64,000 nt of DNA from Candidatus Aminicenantes bacterium (GTDB taxonomy: Bacteria > Acidobacteriota > Aminicenantia > UBA2199): the NCBI GenBank assembly GCA_026393835.1, contig JAPKZK010000111.1:32115-96114 (forward strand), in the 5' to 3' direction. A program made the translations under genes and the position numbers. Below the pieces are notes generated by a model. The model was not told the origin of the DNA. It ran no database searches and saw nothing but the letters and a program-made list of their open reading frames with translations. Of the stretch, positions 35,701-43,552 are shown piece by piece (within the stretch, counting starts at the first letter, position 1; each line of letters begins with the position of its first letter).

Positions 35701-38700
35701 AATATGGGCATATGCAGTGTAAGGCTGGGAAACACCCGGAAAGCCAGGGAATATCTCCAGGCCGCCGGAGACATTTTTAAGAAATATAGAAATGAACCCC
35801 TGTTACGATGCCAACAGGAAGCCTATTATGCCCTTTTGGAAGCCCGTTCCGCCTATGACGAACAAGCCGTTCGATTGGTTACCAGGGCGAAGAATACATA
35901 CCTGCACATGGGCATCGAAAATTCCAGGGAGCTTCACGAGATTGAAACCGATATCCGGCGGGAAATTGGCGAGGACCGGTTTAACGCTCTTTTAAAACAG
36001 TTAAAAGACAGCGGGCATGCCGATGAGACCATTGATTTCGGCGTCGATTTTTTGCAGGTGGACCCGGAACAAAAAAAAATCGTTTCTCCCCTCGACCACC
36101 GGGAAATGGCTTTGATCCCTTCCGGTTTTTTCGAATCGTCGCATTATAAATACACCCTTTACCTCTATCCCTTTTATATGGATAAATATCCTGTCACCAA
36201 CAGCGATTATAAAAAATTCACCGATGCCATGAATATGGAAACGCCCCCCCATTGGCTTGATGGCAAAATTCCCCCGGGTATGGAAGATCACCCGGTAGTG
36301 GGTATTACCTATGACCAAGCCCTGGCCTATGCCCAATGGGCAGGTAAAGATTTGCCTTTAAATGAGGAGTGGGAAATCGCCGCAGGAATTTCAGAGCAAC
36401 AGGAGCCGGGAATTTTAGAAGAGGAGCGTTCATTATCCCACTTCATTTCTGTGAGAAATAAAACAGCATTAATAAAACAAGAAGAAAACGAACTATTCAG
36501 CGATGCATCCTTGAAAATAAAGACTTCCCCTGTAACTCAAGACAAAGACAATCGCAACCCCTTTGGCCTTTGCGATCTCCTGGGCAATGTCTTCGAATAT
36601 ACTCAATCTTTTTCAACCATATTTTTCGGGACGACAGAATACCTTATTTTAAAAGGCTTTTCATGGCAGAGACATTCTTATGATAAGAAAGACGACATCA
36701 CCGACGGCCATTATTCCTTCAATTATCAAAGATGGGCGGATGTGGGTTTCCGGTGTGTAAAGCGTATTTTGCGTAAAGAAGACGCCCAACGCTTTATTAC
36801 CGACGGGGACAAGGCAAAGGATTGGGAGAATCAATGGTGGTATGACCGGGCTCAACATTTATTTGATATCCTACCATCCGGGAACTATTACGAATCGGTC
36901 GAGTCTGTCCTCGCCAAAGGGATAACCTGTTGCCAAAACCTGCTGGACCTTTCCCCCGGACATAAAAAGGCCGTTTACCTGTTAACCCGGTTTAGCTTTC
37001 ACCTGGATGATTTAATAAAAATTAAGTGGTTCTTCGACAACACCTTATACCCCCTGCTGGCAAAGGAAAAAGATGCGTCCACTTTTAATTGGAACCGCCT
37101 GCGGGAAATACTTTCCTCCACTACCGAAAGGGAAGAAGCAGAGGATTCCAACACCATTACCCGTCACCAAAAACTGGAAGAGCTAACCGCTAAAATCGAT
37201 TGGCTGTTGGAAGCCCTTGAAGACAATATGCTGTTGGCGGACTTACGGTTGACCGGACGAAATACCTTCGAATCCCTCGAATACCTGCTGAACCGGTACG
37301 AAGAGAAGCTCAGCTTTCTCCAGTACACCGTGATCCTGTTTCTCTGCTTAATGAAAATGAAACTCAATAAAGAAAAAGAATCCCTGGAAGCCAGGGCGGA
37401 GATTTCAGTGGAATTACTTACCCCAACGCTCGAAATAGGAAAGGAAAGCATTGTCGCGGTAAAGGTAAGCAGCCGTGGGTTGGCGCCGGTAAAGGACATT
37501 TATATCGAATTATCCGCTGAAAAAGAACCGCTGCAAGATGAAGTAAAACACCTGGAAATAGCCCGGCGGCAATTTACGATACCTTTCCTGGCGGGCGGGG
37601 AAACCCTTGACCTGGAAACCGCGGTCACGGCCCATAAAACCGGGACTTTTCCTCTTTACATAATTGCCGGTTACACAAACCCGGCAGCCCCGGAAGAAGA
37701 ACAAGAAACCCGGCAAACCACCGAAGCCAGCCTCGAAGTCACGGCACCTCAGCCCATCCCCGCCGCGGATAGTACTACAGGTAAGGCCGGTATACCAGGT
37801 ACGGCAAAACAGAGCTATGCTTTAGATAACCCCTATTATACCGGTAGGCCCATCCAGGAACCCGGTATGTATTTCGGTCGTAATGACGTATTGGAACGTA
37901 TCGAACAGAGGCTGGGTCCCAACAATATTATCATCCTCTATGGCCAGCGGCGAACCGGCAAAACCTCCACCCTCTTCCAACTTAAAAACCGGGTCTATAA
38001 ATATACCGCCGTCCCGGTAATCCTGGACATCCAATCCATGATGGGAGACGATACCTCATTTCTTTTCTACCGGATGGCATCGGACCTTTATGAAACCATG
38101 GTCCGGTTGGATAACACCATTCCCACCCACCTGCCGGAACCCGTAACCGAGGAATTTAAAACCAACCCCCAATATAAATTCGAACTCTTTTTAAAAAAGG
38201 CAATAAACGAGGTAAAAGAAAAACCCATCATTTATTTGATCGATGAATTTGACGGATTATTTTATATGATAAAAGAGAAAAAGGTAGAACCCACTGTACT
38301 GGACAACCTGCGCAGTATCATGCAGCATTATCAACAAGTCTGGTTCATCCTGGCCGGGACATATAAAATAAAAAGCGAGGCTGCGGATTCCAAATCAGCC
38401 CTGTTTAATATCGCCACCTATGAAAAAATAGGCGCCCTGGAAGAAAAAGACGCCAGGGCGTTGATCACCCACCCCCTGCAAGGCCGGGTAGAATATGAAC
38501 CCTATGCCGTCGATAAAATAATTTCTCTTACCAACTGCAATCCTTATTTTATCCAGGCCATCTGTTTCGAAATGGTATACTACCTGGAAGCGAGGCAATT
38601 GCGCCGGGTAACCGTCAAGGACCTCCAGGTCGTGGTAGACAAATTATTCGACCGGGGAAGCTCCCATTTCGATCAATTCTGGACATATTTAAGCAAACCC

Positions 38701-38967
38701 GAATGCCTGATGCTCTCATTGTTGGCCACAAATACCCGGGAGTATGAAAACTTTATCTCACTGGACCGGGTCAGGGACATATGTAAAGGGTGGATCGACC
38801 CGAAAGTGGATATTTATAAAATCATCACCCAATTACAGGAGAAAGATTTCCTTACCCGGCGGGAATACCTGGGAAAACCACACACCGGTTTCTTCATGGA
38901 ACTATTTAAACGCTGGGTACTGATTCATCATCCCCTTGAATCTTATGAATTGAACGATAGAGGGTAA
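32734..38967 (+). CDS. Giant multidomain STAND protein: SIR2-like, NB-ARC NTPase, TPR-like repeats, FGE-sulfatase-like domain, helical region, Ig-like segment, second P-loop ATPase with wHTH-like end
   Basis: Uninterrupted 2077-aa ORF with a TTG start after GGAGGTG. SIR2_2 motifs: ILFVGAGLSQGSGLPGW, ITTNYDNLLE, YLHGDI, FIGYSAGDPN. NB-ARC: GMGGIGKT (33784-33807), ILFVLDNAE, ILITSRR, GNLPLAI. FGE-like (about 36106-36760): YMDKYPVTNSDYKKF, HPVVGITYDQALAYAQWAGKDLPLNEEWE, NPFGLCDLLGNVFEYT, GFRCV. Second ATPase: GQRRTGKT (37942-37965), IIYLIDEFD. Confidence 0.85.
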   Translation: MNIRQAVPLLVERLRQQKVILFVGAGLSQGSGLPGWKKLFEPFCKKLDCPDEENFPAVATTLIQERIHNRKEIIEHIVKQIGAVTLELNPNHDLIKRLPFKIIITTNYDNLLEDLYGPSRLTRIYSDENMAYFDPHSAKKQLIYLHGDINHPDHMVVSSIDYQNFADTRPIMVERLKTLLQDYTFLFIGYSAGDPNLQAVFDHFRITYKENANRHFIVMADPGKVKQTELSTRFGIEPVILKDKTELTSFLHALSDAYENPDRATAPGQGEEAKVPGDGETGFVDDFIKARGQKKTGAPPSPTPMPLDFQPLKPFNVPGADPHFTGREKELEVLQKALLDKQTVAVTGLFGMGGIGKTSLAKQVAHQFHRDGYFKDGICWHRLEAKTLPVSLEEMADVFGAAWLKEIKPLETQARYFQAVIQDLDILFVLDNAEYLENIPPLLDLLRNHSILITSRRHLAGLAGVIDLHRLDGEQSMQLFIKTWKKKDREEEIKHIAAALSPQELVVLHSVCTGLLGNLPLAITIAASVLRYKKIDIIAFQKLLAEKQLSLLQDPNNVYKTEEKDRNVRLSFDFSFGLLPADGLEQSLFVVMGIFGGEDFSREALVEIFKEENKEAIDSGVEILEQLSMVQVRANQRFYLHPLLRQYALEKLPEFKGDAAYEAMAGYYLDLVKNNPQALHYEWKNALPFVDWCLAHSREKDGLFLIKKIDWFLYETGQWSGREEWLKKGIDIASRIEDVSELYSFTERMQDLYGRQGRLSEQKEVSHSLSNYCRGFKQLESYIPWINYTLAASFLDSHEIEKAYYANLKNMKDSLFYGQKTTIGASYQNLGNICWRTGLPRRALQFYRASLVIAEKLSTLKTNKTRAVGDVSDIYLDMGQWTEALEWLKRYESELAENPHKELEADLYEKYFFYYLGTGDTGKAQDYLDKYKETGTEFGKVTSSAKLFYYEGLLEKVGGHHEKAISIFEKALQFYRDIRREDETGKCFLNMGICSVRLGNTRKAREYLQAAGDIFKKYRNEPLLRCQQEAYYALLEARSAYDEQAVRLVTRAKNTYLHMGIENSRELHEIETDIRREIGEDRFNALLKQLKDSGHADETIDFGVDFLQVDPEQKKIVSPLDHREMALIPSGFFESSHYKYTLYLYPFYMDKYPVTNSDYKKFTDAMNMETPPHWLDGKIPPGMEDHPVVGITYDQALAYAQWAGKDLPLNEEWEIAAGISEQQEPGILEEERSLSHFISVRNKTALIKQEENELFSDASLKIKTSPVTQDKDNRNPFGLCDLLGNVFEYTQSFSTIFFGTTEYLILKGFSWQRHSYDKKDDITDGHYSFNYQRWADVGFRCVKRILRKEDAQRFITDGDKAKDWENQWWYDRAQHLFDILPSGNYYESVESVLAKGITCCQNLLDLSPGHKKAVYLLTRFSFHLDDLIKIKWFFDNTLYPLLAKEKDASTFNWNRLREILSSTTEREEAEDSNTITRHQKLEELTAKIDWLLEALEDNMLLADLRLTGRNTFESLEYLLNRYEEKLSFLQYTVILFLCLMKMKLNKEKESLEARAEISVELLTPTLEIGKESIVAVKVSSRGLAPVKDIYIELSAEKEPLQDEVKHLEIARRQFTIPFLAGGETLDLETAVTAHKTGTFPLYIIAGYTNPAAPEEEQETRQTTEASLEVTAPQPIPAADSTTGKAGIPGTAKQSYALDNPYYTGRPIQEPGMYFGRNDVLERIEQRLGPNNIIILYGQRRTGKTSTLFQLKNRVYKYTAVPVILDIQSMMGDDTSFLFYRMASDLYETMVRLDNTIPTHLPEPVTEEFKTNPQYKFELFLKKAINEVKEKPIIYLIDEFDGLFYMIKEKKVEPTVLDNLRSIMQHYQQVWFILAGTYKIKSEAADSKSALFNIATYEKIGALEEKDARALITHPLQGRVEYEPYAVDKIISLTNCNPYFIQAICFEMVYYLEARQLRRVTVKDLQVVVDKLFDRGSSHFDQFWTYLSKPECLMLSLLATNTREYENFISLDRVRDICKGWIDPKVDIYKIITQLQEKDFLTRREYLGKPHTGFFMELFKRWVLIHHPLESYELNDRG

Positions 38968-38984
38968 AGAGTAAGGAGTAATAC

Positions 38985-40586
38985 ATGATAAAAATCGATT
39001 ATATTTGTGGAGGCATTGACAACATCAGCGACTTTTACGGCAGGCAAGAGTTGATCGAGGAGATCAGTCACAGGTTAAAATCATGGCAATCGGTCTCCAT
39101 ATACGGTGAAAGGAAGATGGGTAAAACATCGTTGTTAAAGTATCTTTTCAACGAAGGCATCAAGCAGGTTCCCTTTCCTAACCCCAGCCAGGTGATTATA
39201 CTTTATGAAACCTTTGCCGGGAAACAGAATACAACGGTGGATATTTTTTTACAAGAGTTATACGATGTCCTTAACCGGAACGTTAGCCTACCGGTGGATT
39301 CGCAGAAAATGGATAAAAATATTTTCAATAAATTCATCTCCGAATCGCACTATAGAGGAAAACATTTCATCTTCTTCTTCGATGAAATCGACGCCGCCTC
39401 GGAAAACAGCGCCTTTGACCATAATTTTTTCAGTTTTCTTCGTTCGTTGGCCGATAAGTATAAAGTCCAGTACATTATAGCCTCCAGGAAATCGATCAAA
39501 CAGTTGATCCGAGAAAATAACGTGGCCTCTCCTTTTAACGGTTTGTTTTCCGGGAACCTTTTTAAGCTGGAAGTATTTGACCGGGAAGAGGCTGAAGGAT
39601 TTTGCCGGAAATTATCACGAGACGCGCTGGCCGGCGACGCCATCGCACCGGAAATTATTGTCCGGCTTGCCGGCAGGCATCCTTTTTTGATCCGCATAGC
39701 CTTCTATCATGCCGTGGACCTGGCTGTCAAATCGAAAGACAACCGCCCCGATTATGAGCAACTTAAGGCGATCTTTGAAAAAATAAGTTATAATGCTTAT
39801 TTTTTAGATATCTGGTCTCACCTGGAAGCAGCGGAACGGCGCTTATTAAAAAACATTTCCCTTAAAATCCTGCCGGACCGATTGAAGCTTTTTGAAAAAG
39901 AAATGATCGATGACTTTAAAAGCAAGGGATTGATATTCCATGATGAAAAGGAAAATTATATTTTTTTCAATGGCTATTTCGAGGATTTTGTCCGGGAATG
40001 GGATATCGAGGCGACCGGGCTGGCGGCAGGACCGACGGAACCGGTTGATTTCGATAAGGAGAATTTTAGCGCGAGATTACAAACGGTTAAAAATATCTCT
40101 ACCACCCCCGGGGAAAAAGGAAATGCCCTGGAAAAATTGGTTGCCGATTTATTTAGAGCTTATAAAACCTATTTTGAGGTGAGAAAGCAAGTCCGTTCCA
40201 GGACCTCGGCCCTGGATATTCACCTGTGGTTCAAACCCGGCGATGACCCCCAGCTTAAAAAATTGGGCGAGGAAATAATCGTCGAATGTAAGAACTGGCA
40301 GAACCCGGTGGGAAAACCGGAGATAAATGACCTGGCAGGCGATATGGTGAGTAGAAAATGCAAAACCGGTATCCTGGTTTCAAGAGAAGGAATTACCGGC
40401 CATGGATTAAAGGATGCGGAAGGTCAGAGGGTTATCTGGTTTCAATCGGAAAATAACCTGATCATACTGGTAATAACACTAAAGGACCTGGAATCCATTG
40501 GAAAAGGAAAGAACCTGGTGGATTTATTAAAAGATAAATATTCGGAACTTGTTGAGGGAAAACCCGCTCCTCCTCGGGTAGATTAA
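38985..40586 (+). CDS. P-loop ATPase (paralogous to the C-terminal ATPase of the preceding protein) fused to an Mrr-type PD-(D/E)xK nuclease domain
   Basis: 533 aa. Starts 17 nt after the preceding stop, behind AAGGAG. FYGRQELIEEI ... GERKMGKT (39105-39128), FIFFFDEID. C-terminal ALEKLVADLF ... LDIHLW ... IIVECKNW (E-C-K at 40284-40292). Confidence 0.85.
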   Translation: MIKIDYICGGIDNISDFYGRQELIEEISHRLKSWQSVSIYGERKMGKTSLLKYLFNEGIKQVPFPNPSQVIILYETFAGKQNTTVDIFLQELYDVLNRNVSLPVDSQKMDKNIFNKFISESHYRGKHFIFFFDEIDAASENSAFDHNFFSFLRSLADKYKVQYIIASRKSIKQLIRENNVASPFNGLFSGNLFKLEVFDREEAEGFCRKLSRDALAGDAIAPEIIVRLAGRHPFLIRIAFYHAVDLAVKSKDNRPDYEQLKAIFEKISYNAYFLDIWSHLEAAERRLLKNISLKILPDRLKLFEKEMIDDFKSKGLIFHDEKENYIFFNGYFEDFVREWDIEATGLAAGPTEPVDFDKENFSARLQTVKNISTTPGEKGNALEKLVADLFRAYKTYFEVRKQVRSRTSALDIHLWFKPGDDPQLKKLGEEIIVECKNWQNPVGKPEINDLAGDMVSRKCKTGILVSREGITGHGLKDAEGQRVIWFQSENNLIILVITLKDLESIGKGKNLVDLLKDKYSELVEGKPAPPRVD

Positions 40587-40648
40587 AAATAGTCTTTGTC
40601 CGGGACCCCCGAAAAGAAGAAGAAACCCGCGGGCGAAACCATACTTTA

Positions 40649-40678
40649 TGGTTGATTCTGGGACAGGCCGAATTTCAC
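40649..40678 (+). repeat. Direct repeat R, copy 2 (right of the nuclease gene)
   Basis: tggttgattctgggacaggccgaatttcac; see 32564-32593. Confidence 0.85.
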
Positions 40679-40689
40679 TTCAATCCCGG

Positions 40690-42075
40690 TTATTCGCTTA
40701 ATGAAATCGATTTGTACAAAAAATTCTCTGCCCCGGGGGTGTATAAATTTAAGACTTTCTTCCAGTTCGAATATTTTCTCCCGGCTTCAAGGAATTTTCT
40801 TATTTTCGTTTTTATCGCCTCTATATTAAACCGCTTCGGTGAAAGCTTGCATTCTCCGAAATAAATTTCCCTGTCCCTGTCATTGGTGAATATAATATCT
40901 ATCTCAGTCTCCCCCCTATCCCAGTATTGACCGATGCGGTCGAAGCGCAACCGTCCGTTCCGGTTCATTGCACTCAAATAAGCGATCATAAATTTTTCAA
41001 ATTTTTTACCCATAAACACCGGCATATCTTCCATCATTTCAGTCGTTATGCGCTCACTGCACAACATTTCGATCCGGCTCTTATTTTTAAAAATATACCT
41101 GAACCAGGAATCCAGGAAATTATCACCGATATAATAGCGACCCATTTTGTGGCTTTCTTTCGAATCGAAAGGCGCTCTCCGTTCGATCAGTTCGTGGTCC
41201 TCCATTAATTCCGAAATATACCGGGCCAGGCTGTGAACAGGAATCCCCGAAGCATCCGCAATCCGGGACATGGTGGTGGCGCCGCCGGCAATGGCTTCCA
41301 ATATACTGAAATAGGTGGAATAATCTTTGCCGAACTCTTCCAACAAAATCTCTCTCCCTTCATTAAGGAGGATGGAATTTTCATCCAGTATATCTTCCCT
41401 GATGAAATCTTGCCTGGATTTTCCAAACCCTCCCCGTTCGCTGATGTAATTGTAATAGAAAGGAATCCCCTCGAATAGGGAATAGAAGAAGAGCAAATCA
41501 TCATTGGACGTTAAGCCGTGGTCAGACAATATTTCTTTTACAGTTTCAAGGGAAAAGTGTCTTAATAAGAAGCTGCCGTTGAGTCTACCGTAAAGAGGTT
41601 GGTCGGCATTTTCGAAAATCCGTCGCATCATACTGTTGATGGAGCCGATGACCAGGAGCAGTCCCTTTGACTGCTGCTTGTTAAGGTCGATGTGCTTTTG
41701 CAGGATACTGAAGATCGCATCGTTCACATATTTGAAATTCTGGAATTCATCAAAAACCGCGATTATTTGTTTTCTTTTTAAGAGGGCAAAGAGGAATTTA
41801 AAGAAATCATCGAAGTCTTTAAAACTGACTCCCCGGTACTCGTTCAATTGTTCCGAGATGATGGCGGAGTATTCCTCCAGCAGCAATTTTTCTTTTTTTT
41901 TAGTGACAAAGAAGTAGAGGGGTTGGGCGTTTGTTCTTTTTAAGTACTCCCTCACAAGAAGTGTTTTACCGATGCGTCTTCGACCGGTCATCCTGATGAA
42001 AAAGAGGTTTTGGTTCGCCAGGTTTTCAAACGACGCCAGTTTTTCCAATTCGTCTTGCCGGTCATAAAACTTCAT
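40690..42075 (-). CDS. Arch_ATPase/DUF234-family ATP-binding protein (P-loop ATPase + C-terminal PD-(D/E)xK-like DUF234)
   Basis: 461 aa. FYDRQDELEKL ... GRRRIGKT, IAVFDEFQN. C-terminal ETEIDIIFTNDRDREIYFGECK. Confidence 0.8.
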   Translation of the reverse strand: MKFYDRQDELEKLASFENLANQNLFFIRMTGRRRIGKTLLVREYLKRTNAQPLYFFVTKKKEKLLLEEYSAIISEQLNEYRGVSFKDFDDFFKFLFALLKRKQIIAVFDEFQNFKYVNDAIFSILQKHIDLNKQQSKGLLLVIGSINSMMRRIFENADQPLYGRLNGSFLLRHFSLETVKEILSDHGLTSNDDLLFFYSLFEGIPFYYNYISERGGFGKSRQDFIREDILDENSILLNEGREILLEEFGKDYSTYFSILEAIAGGATTMSRIADASGIPVHSLARYISELMEDHELIERRAPFDSKESHKMGRYYIGDNFLDSWFRYIFKNKSRIEMLCSERITTEMMEDMPVFMGKKFEKFMIAYLSAMNRNGRLRFDRIGQYWDRGETEIDIIFTNDRDREIYFGECKLSPKRFNIEAIKTKIRKFLEAGRKYSNWKKVLNLYTPGAENFLYKSISLSE

Positions 42076-42337
42076 GTTGCCCTCGTTTCCCGGTAATTTA
42101 TATAATTATGCATTTTGTTATTATAACATATTGCATAATAAGAAAGAAGTAAATTTTCGCTTTTTTGGGAAAAACCCCATGCGCCATGCGACGTGGAATA
42201 TTCCATTTTTCGTCGCTGGAGATCGCTTCCAACGAGGCCGGAAAAATCAGTCGCGCCGGGAAATAAGTTTAACCGCTGAGGACAGGGTTGATGTGTTCAG
42301 GACATAGAAAACAGATGTTTTGTTTTCCAACACCCGG

Positions 42338-42366
42338 TTGACAGAATATCAAACAAATATTATAAT
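42338..42366 (+). promoter_or_regulatory. Consensus sigma70-type promoter of the XRE-DUF4065/toxin pair
   Basis: TTGACA (42338-42343), exactly 17 nt, TATAAT (42361-42366). AGGAG RBS, then the ATG at 42384. Confidence 0.7.
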
Positions 42367-42383
42367 ATGCGTCAGGAGAAAAA

Positions 42384-43175
42384 ATGAACGATTTCAATCA
42401 GAAGCTGGGAATGAAAATTAAAAAGATACGAGATCAATTACAGATAAGCCAGGAAAAACTAGCAGAAATCCTGTCGATATCCAGGTCATCGCTGTCGCAA
42501 ATTGAAAACGGCAAGCGGGAACTTAAAAGCTGCGAACTGGTGGAAATCTCAAAAGCGTTTAATTGCTCCATCGATGAACTCCTGGATTTAAAAAAAGAAC
42601 CCTCCATTAATATATCCCAGGTTGATGCAGGTTTAAATGCCTCTAATGAGATCCGGATTAATGTTCCCCAAAAAAATCTTGTAAAATTCAAAGAAGTATT
42701 GCTTTACATATTGAATAAAGTCGGTTCAAAGCCCAATATCGGAGAAACCGTACTATATAAGCTTTTGTATTTTATCGATTTCGATTTCTATGAGAAGTAT
42801 GAGGAGCAGTTAATAGGAGCATCCTATATAAAAAATCATTATGGCCCTACGCCGCTGGAATTCAAAAAAATCGTAGAAGAGATGATAGCGGACAAAGATC
42901 TAATCAAAGTGGATGATCGGTATTTCAAATATCCACAGACAAAATATTTACCTTTGCGGGATTCGAACTTGAAGTATTTAAAGGCCAATGAAATCGAGAT
43001 GATTAATGATGTATTAAACCGGCTTTCGCATATGAATGCATCGCAGATCAGCGAATATTCGCATAATGACGTCCCCTGGCTCACTGCGGACAAGCAATCC
43101 GTAATCGAATATGAATCGGTATTTTATAGAACGCCTTCTTATTCAGTAAAAACGGGAATCGATGACGATATTTAA
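42384..43175 (+). CDS. XRE HTH fused to a DUF4065 (Panacea/SocA-type) antitoxin domain
   Basis: 263 aa. HTH LGMKIKKIRDQLQISQEKLAEILSISRSSLSQIENGKR. DUF4065 pattern ETVLYKLLYFIDFDFYEKYEEQLIGASYIKNHYGPTPLEF. Confidence 0.75.
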   Translation: MNDFNQKLGMKIKKIRDQLQISQEKLAEILSISRSSLSQIENGKRELKSCELVEISKAFNCSIDELLDLKKEPSINISQVDAGLNASNEIRINVPQKNLVKFKEVLLYILNKVGSKPNIGETVLYKLLYFIDFDFYEKYEEQLIGASYIKNHYGPTPLEFKKIVEEMIADKDLIKVDDRYFKYPQTKYLPLRDSNLKYLKANEIEMINDVLNRLSHMNASQISEYSHNDVPWLTADKQSVIEYESVFYRTPSYSVKTGIDDDI

Positions 43176-43551
43176 ACAAATTAAAAATACCGATTTATTC
43201 GATAAGGATTTAAAAAAACTTTTGAAACGGTTTCGTTCATTGGAAGATGATTTAGAAGTATTTATCGATATCCAGTTGAAATTGTTTCATAAAATAAAGC
43301 AGGACAATGGCGGCATTAAACAAATTACAGGATTGAAAAAGGAGTACCCGCGGGTATATAAAGCAACGAAATTTGCCTGTAAGAGTTTGAAAGGGAAAGG
43401 GGGAAAATCAGGATTAAGGCTTATTTATGCATACTTTGAGAAAGAGGATATCATTGAATTTATCGAGATGTATTATAAAGGTGACCAGGAGAATGAAGAT
43501 TCGGATAGGATCAAAGAATACCTTTCTTCTCTTTTTCCTGACCCCCAATAA
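43162..43551 (+). CDS. Putative toxin, RelE/ParE-superfamily-like
   Basis: 129 aa, overlapping the upstream gene by 14 nt. FDKDLKKLLKRF ... SGLRLIYAYFEKEDIIEFIEMYYKGDQEN resembles RelE/YafQ-type toxins. This is a weak, by-eye call. Confidence 0.5.
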   Translation: MTIFKQIKNTDLFDKDLKKLLKRFRSLEDDLEVFIDIQLKLFHKIKQDNGGIKQITGLKKEYPRVYKATKFACKSLKGKGGKSGLRLIYAYFEKEDIIEFIEMYYKGDQENEDSDRIKEYLSSLFPDPQ

Positions 43552-43552
43552 T

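Noticed and set aside
40652-40864. 70-aa ORF starting in repeat R copy 2
   Set aside because: It is antisense to the 3' end of the DUF234 ATPase gene, which has clear motifs.
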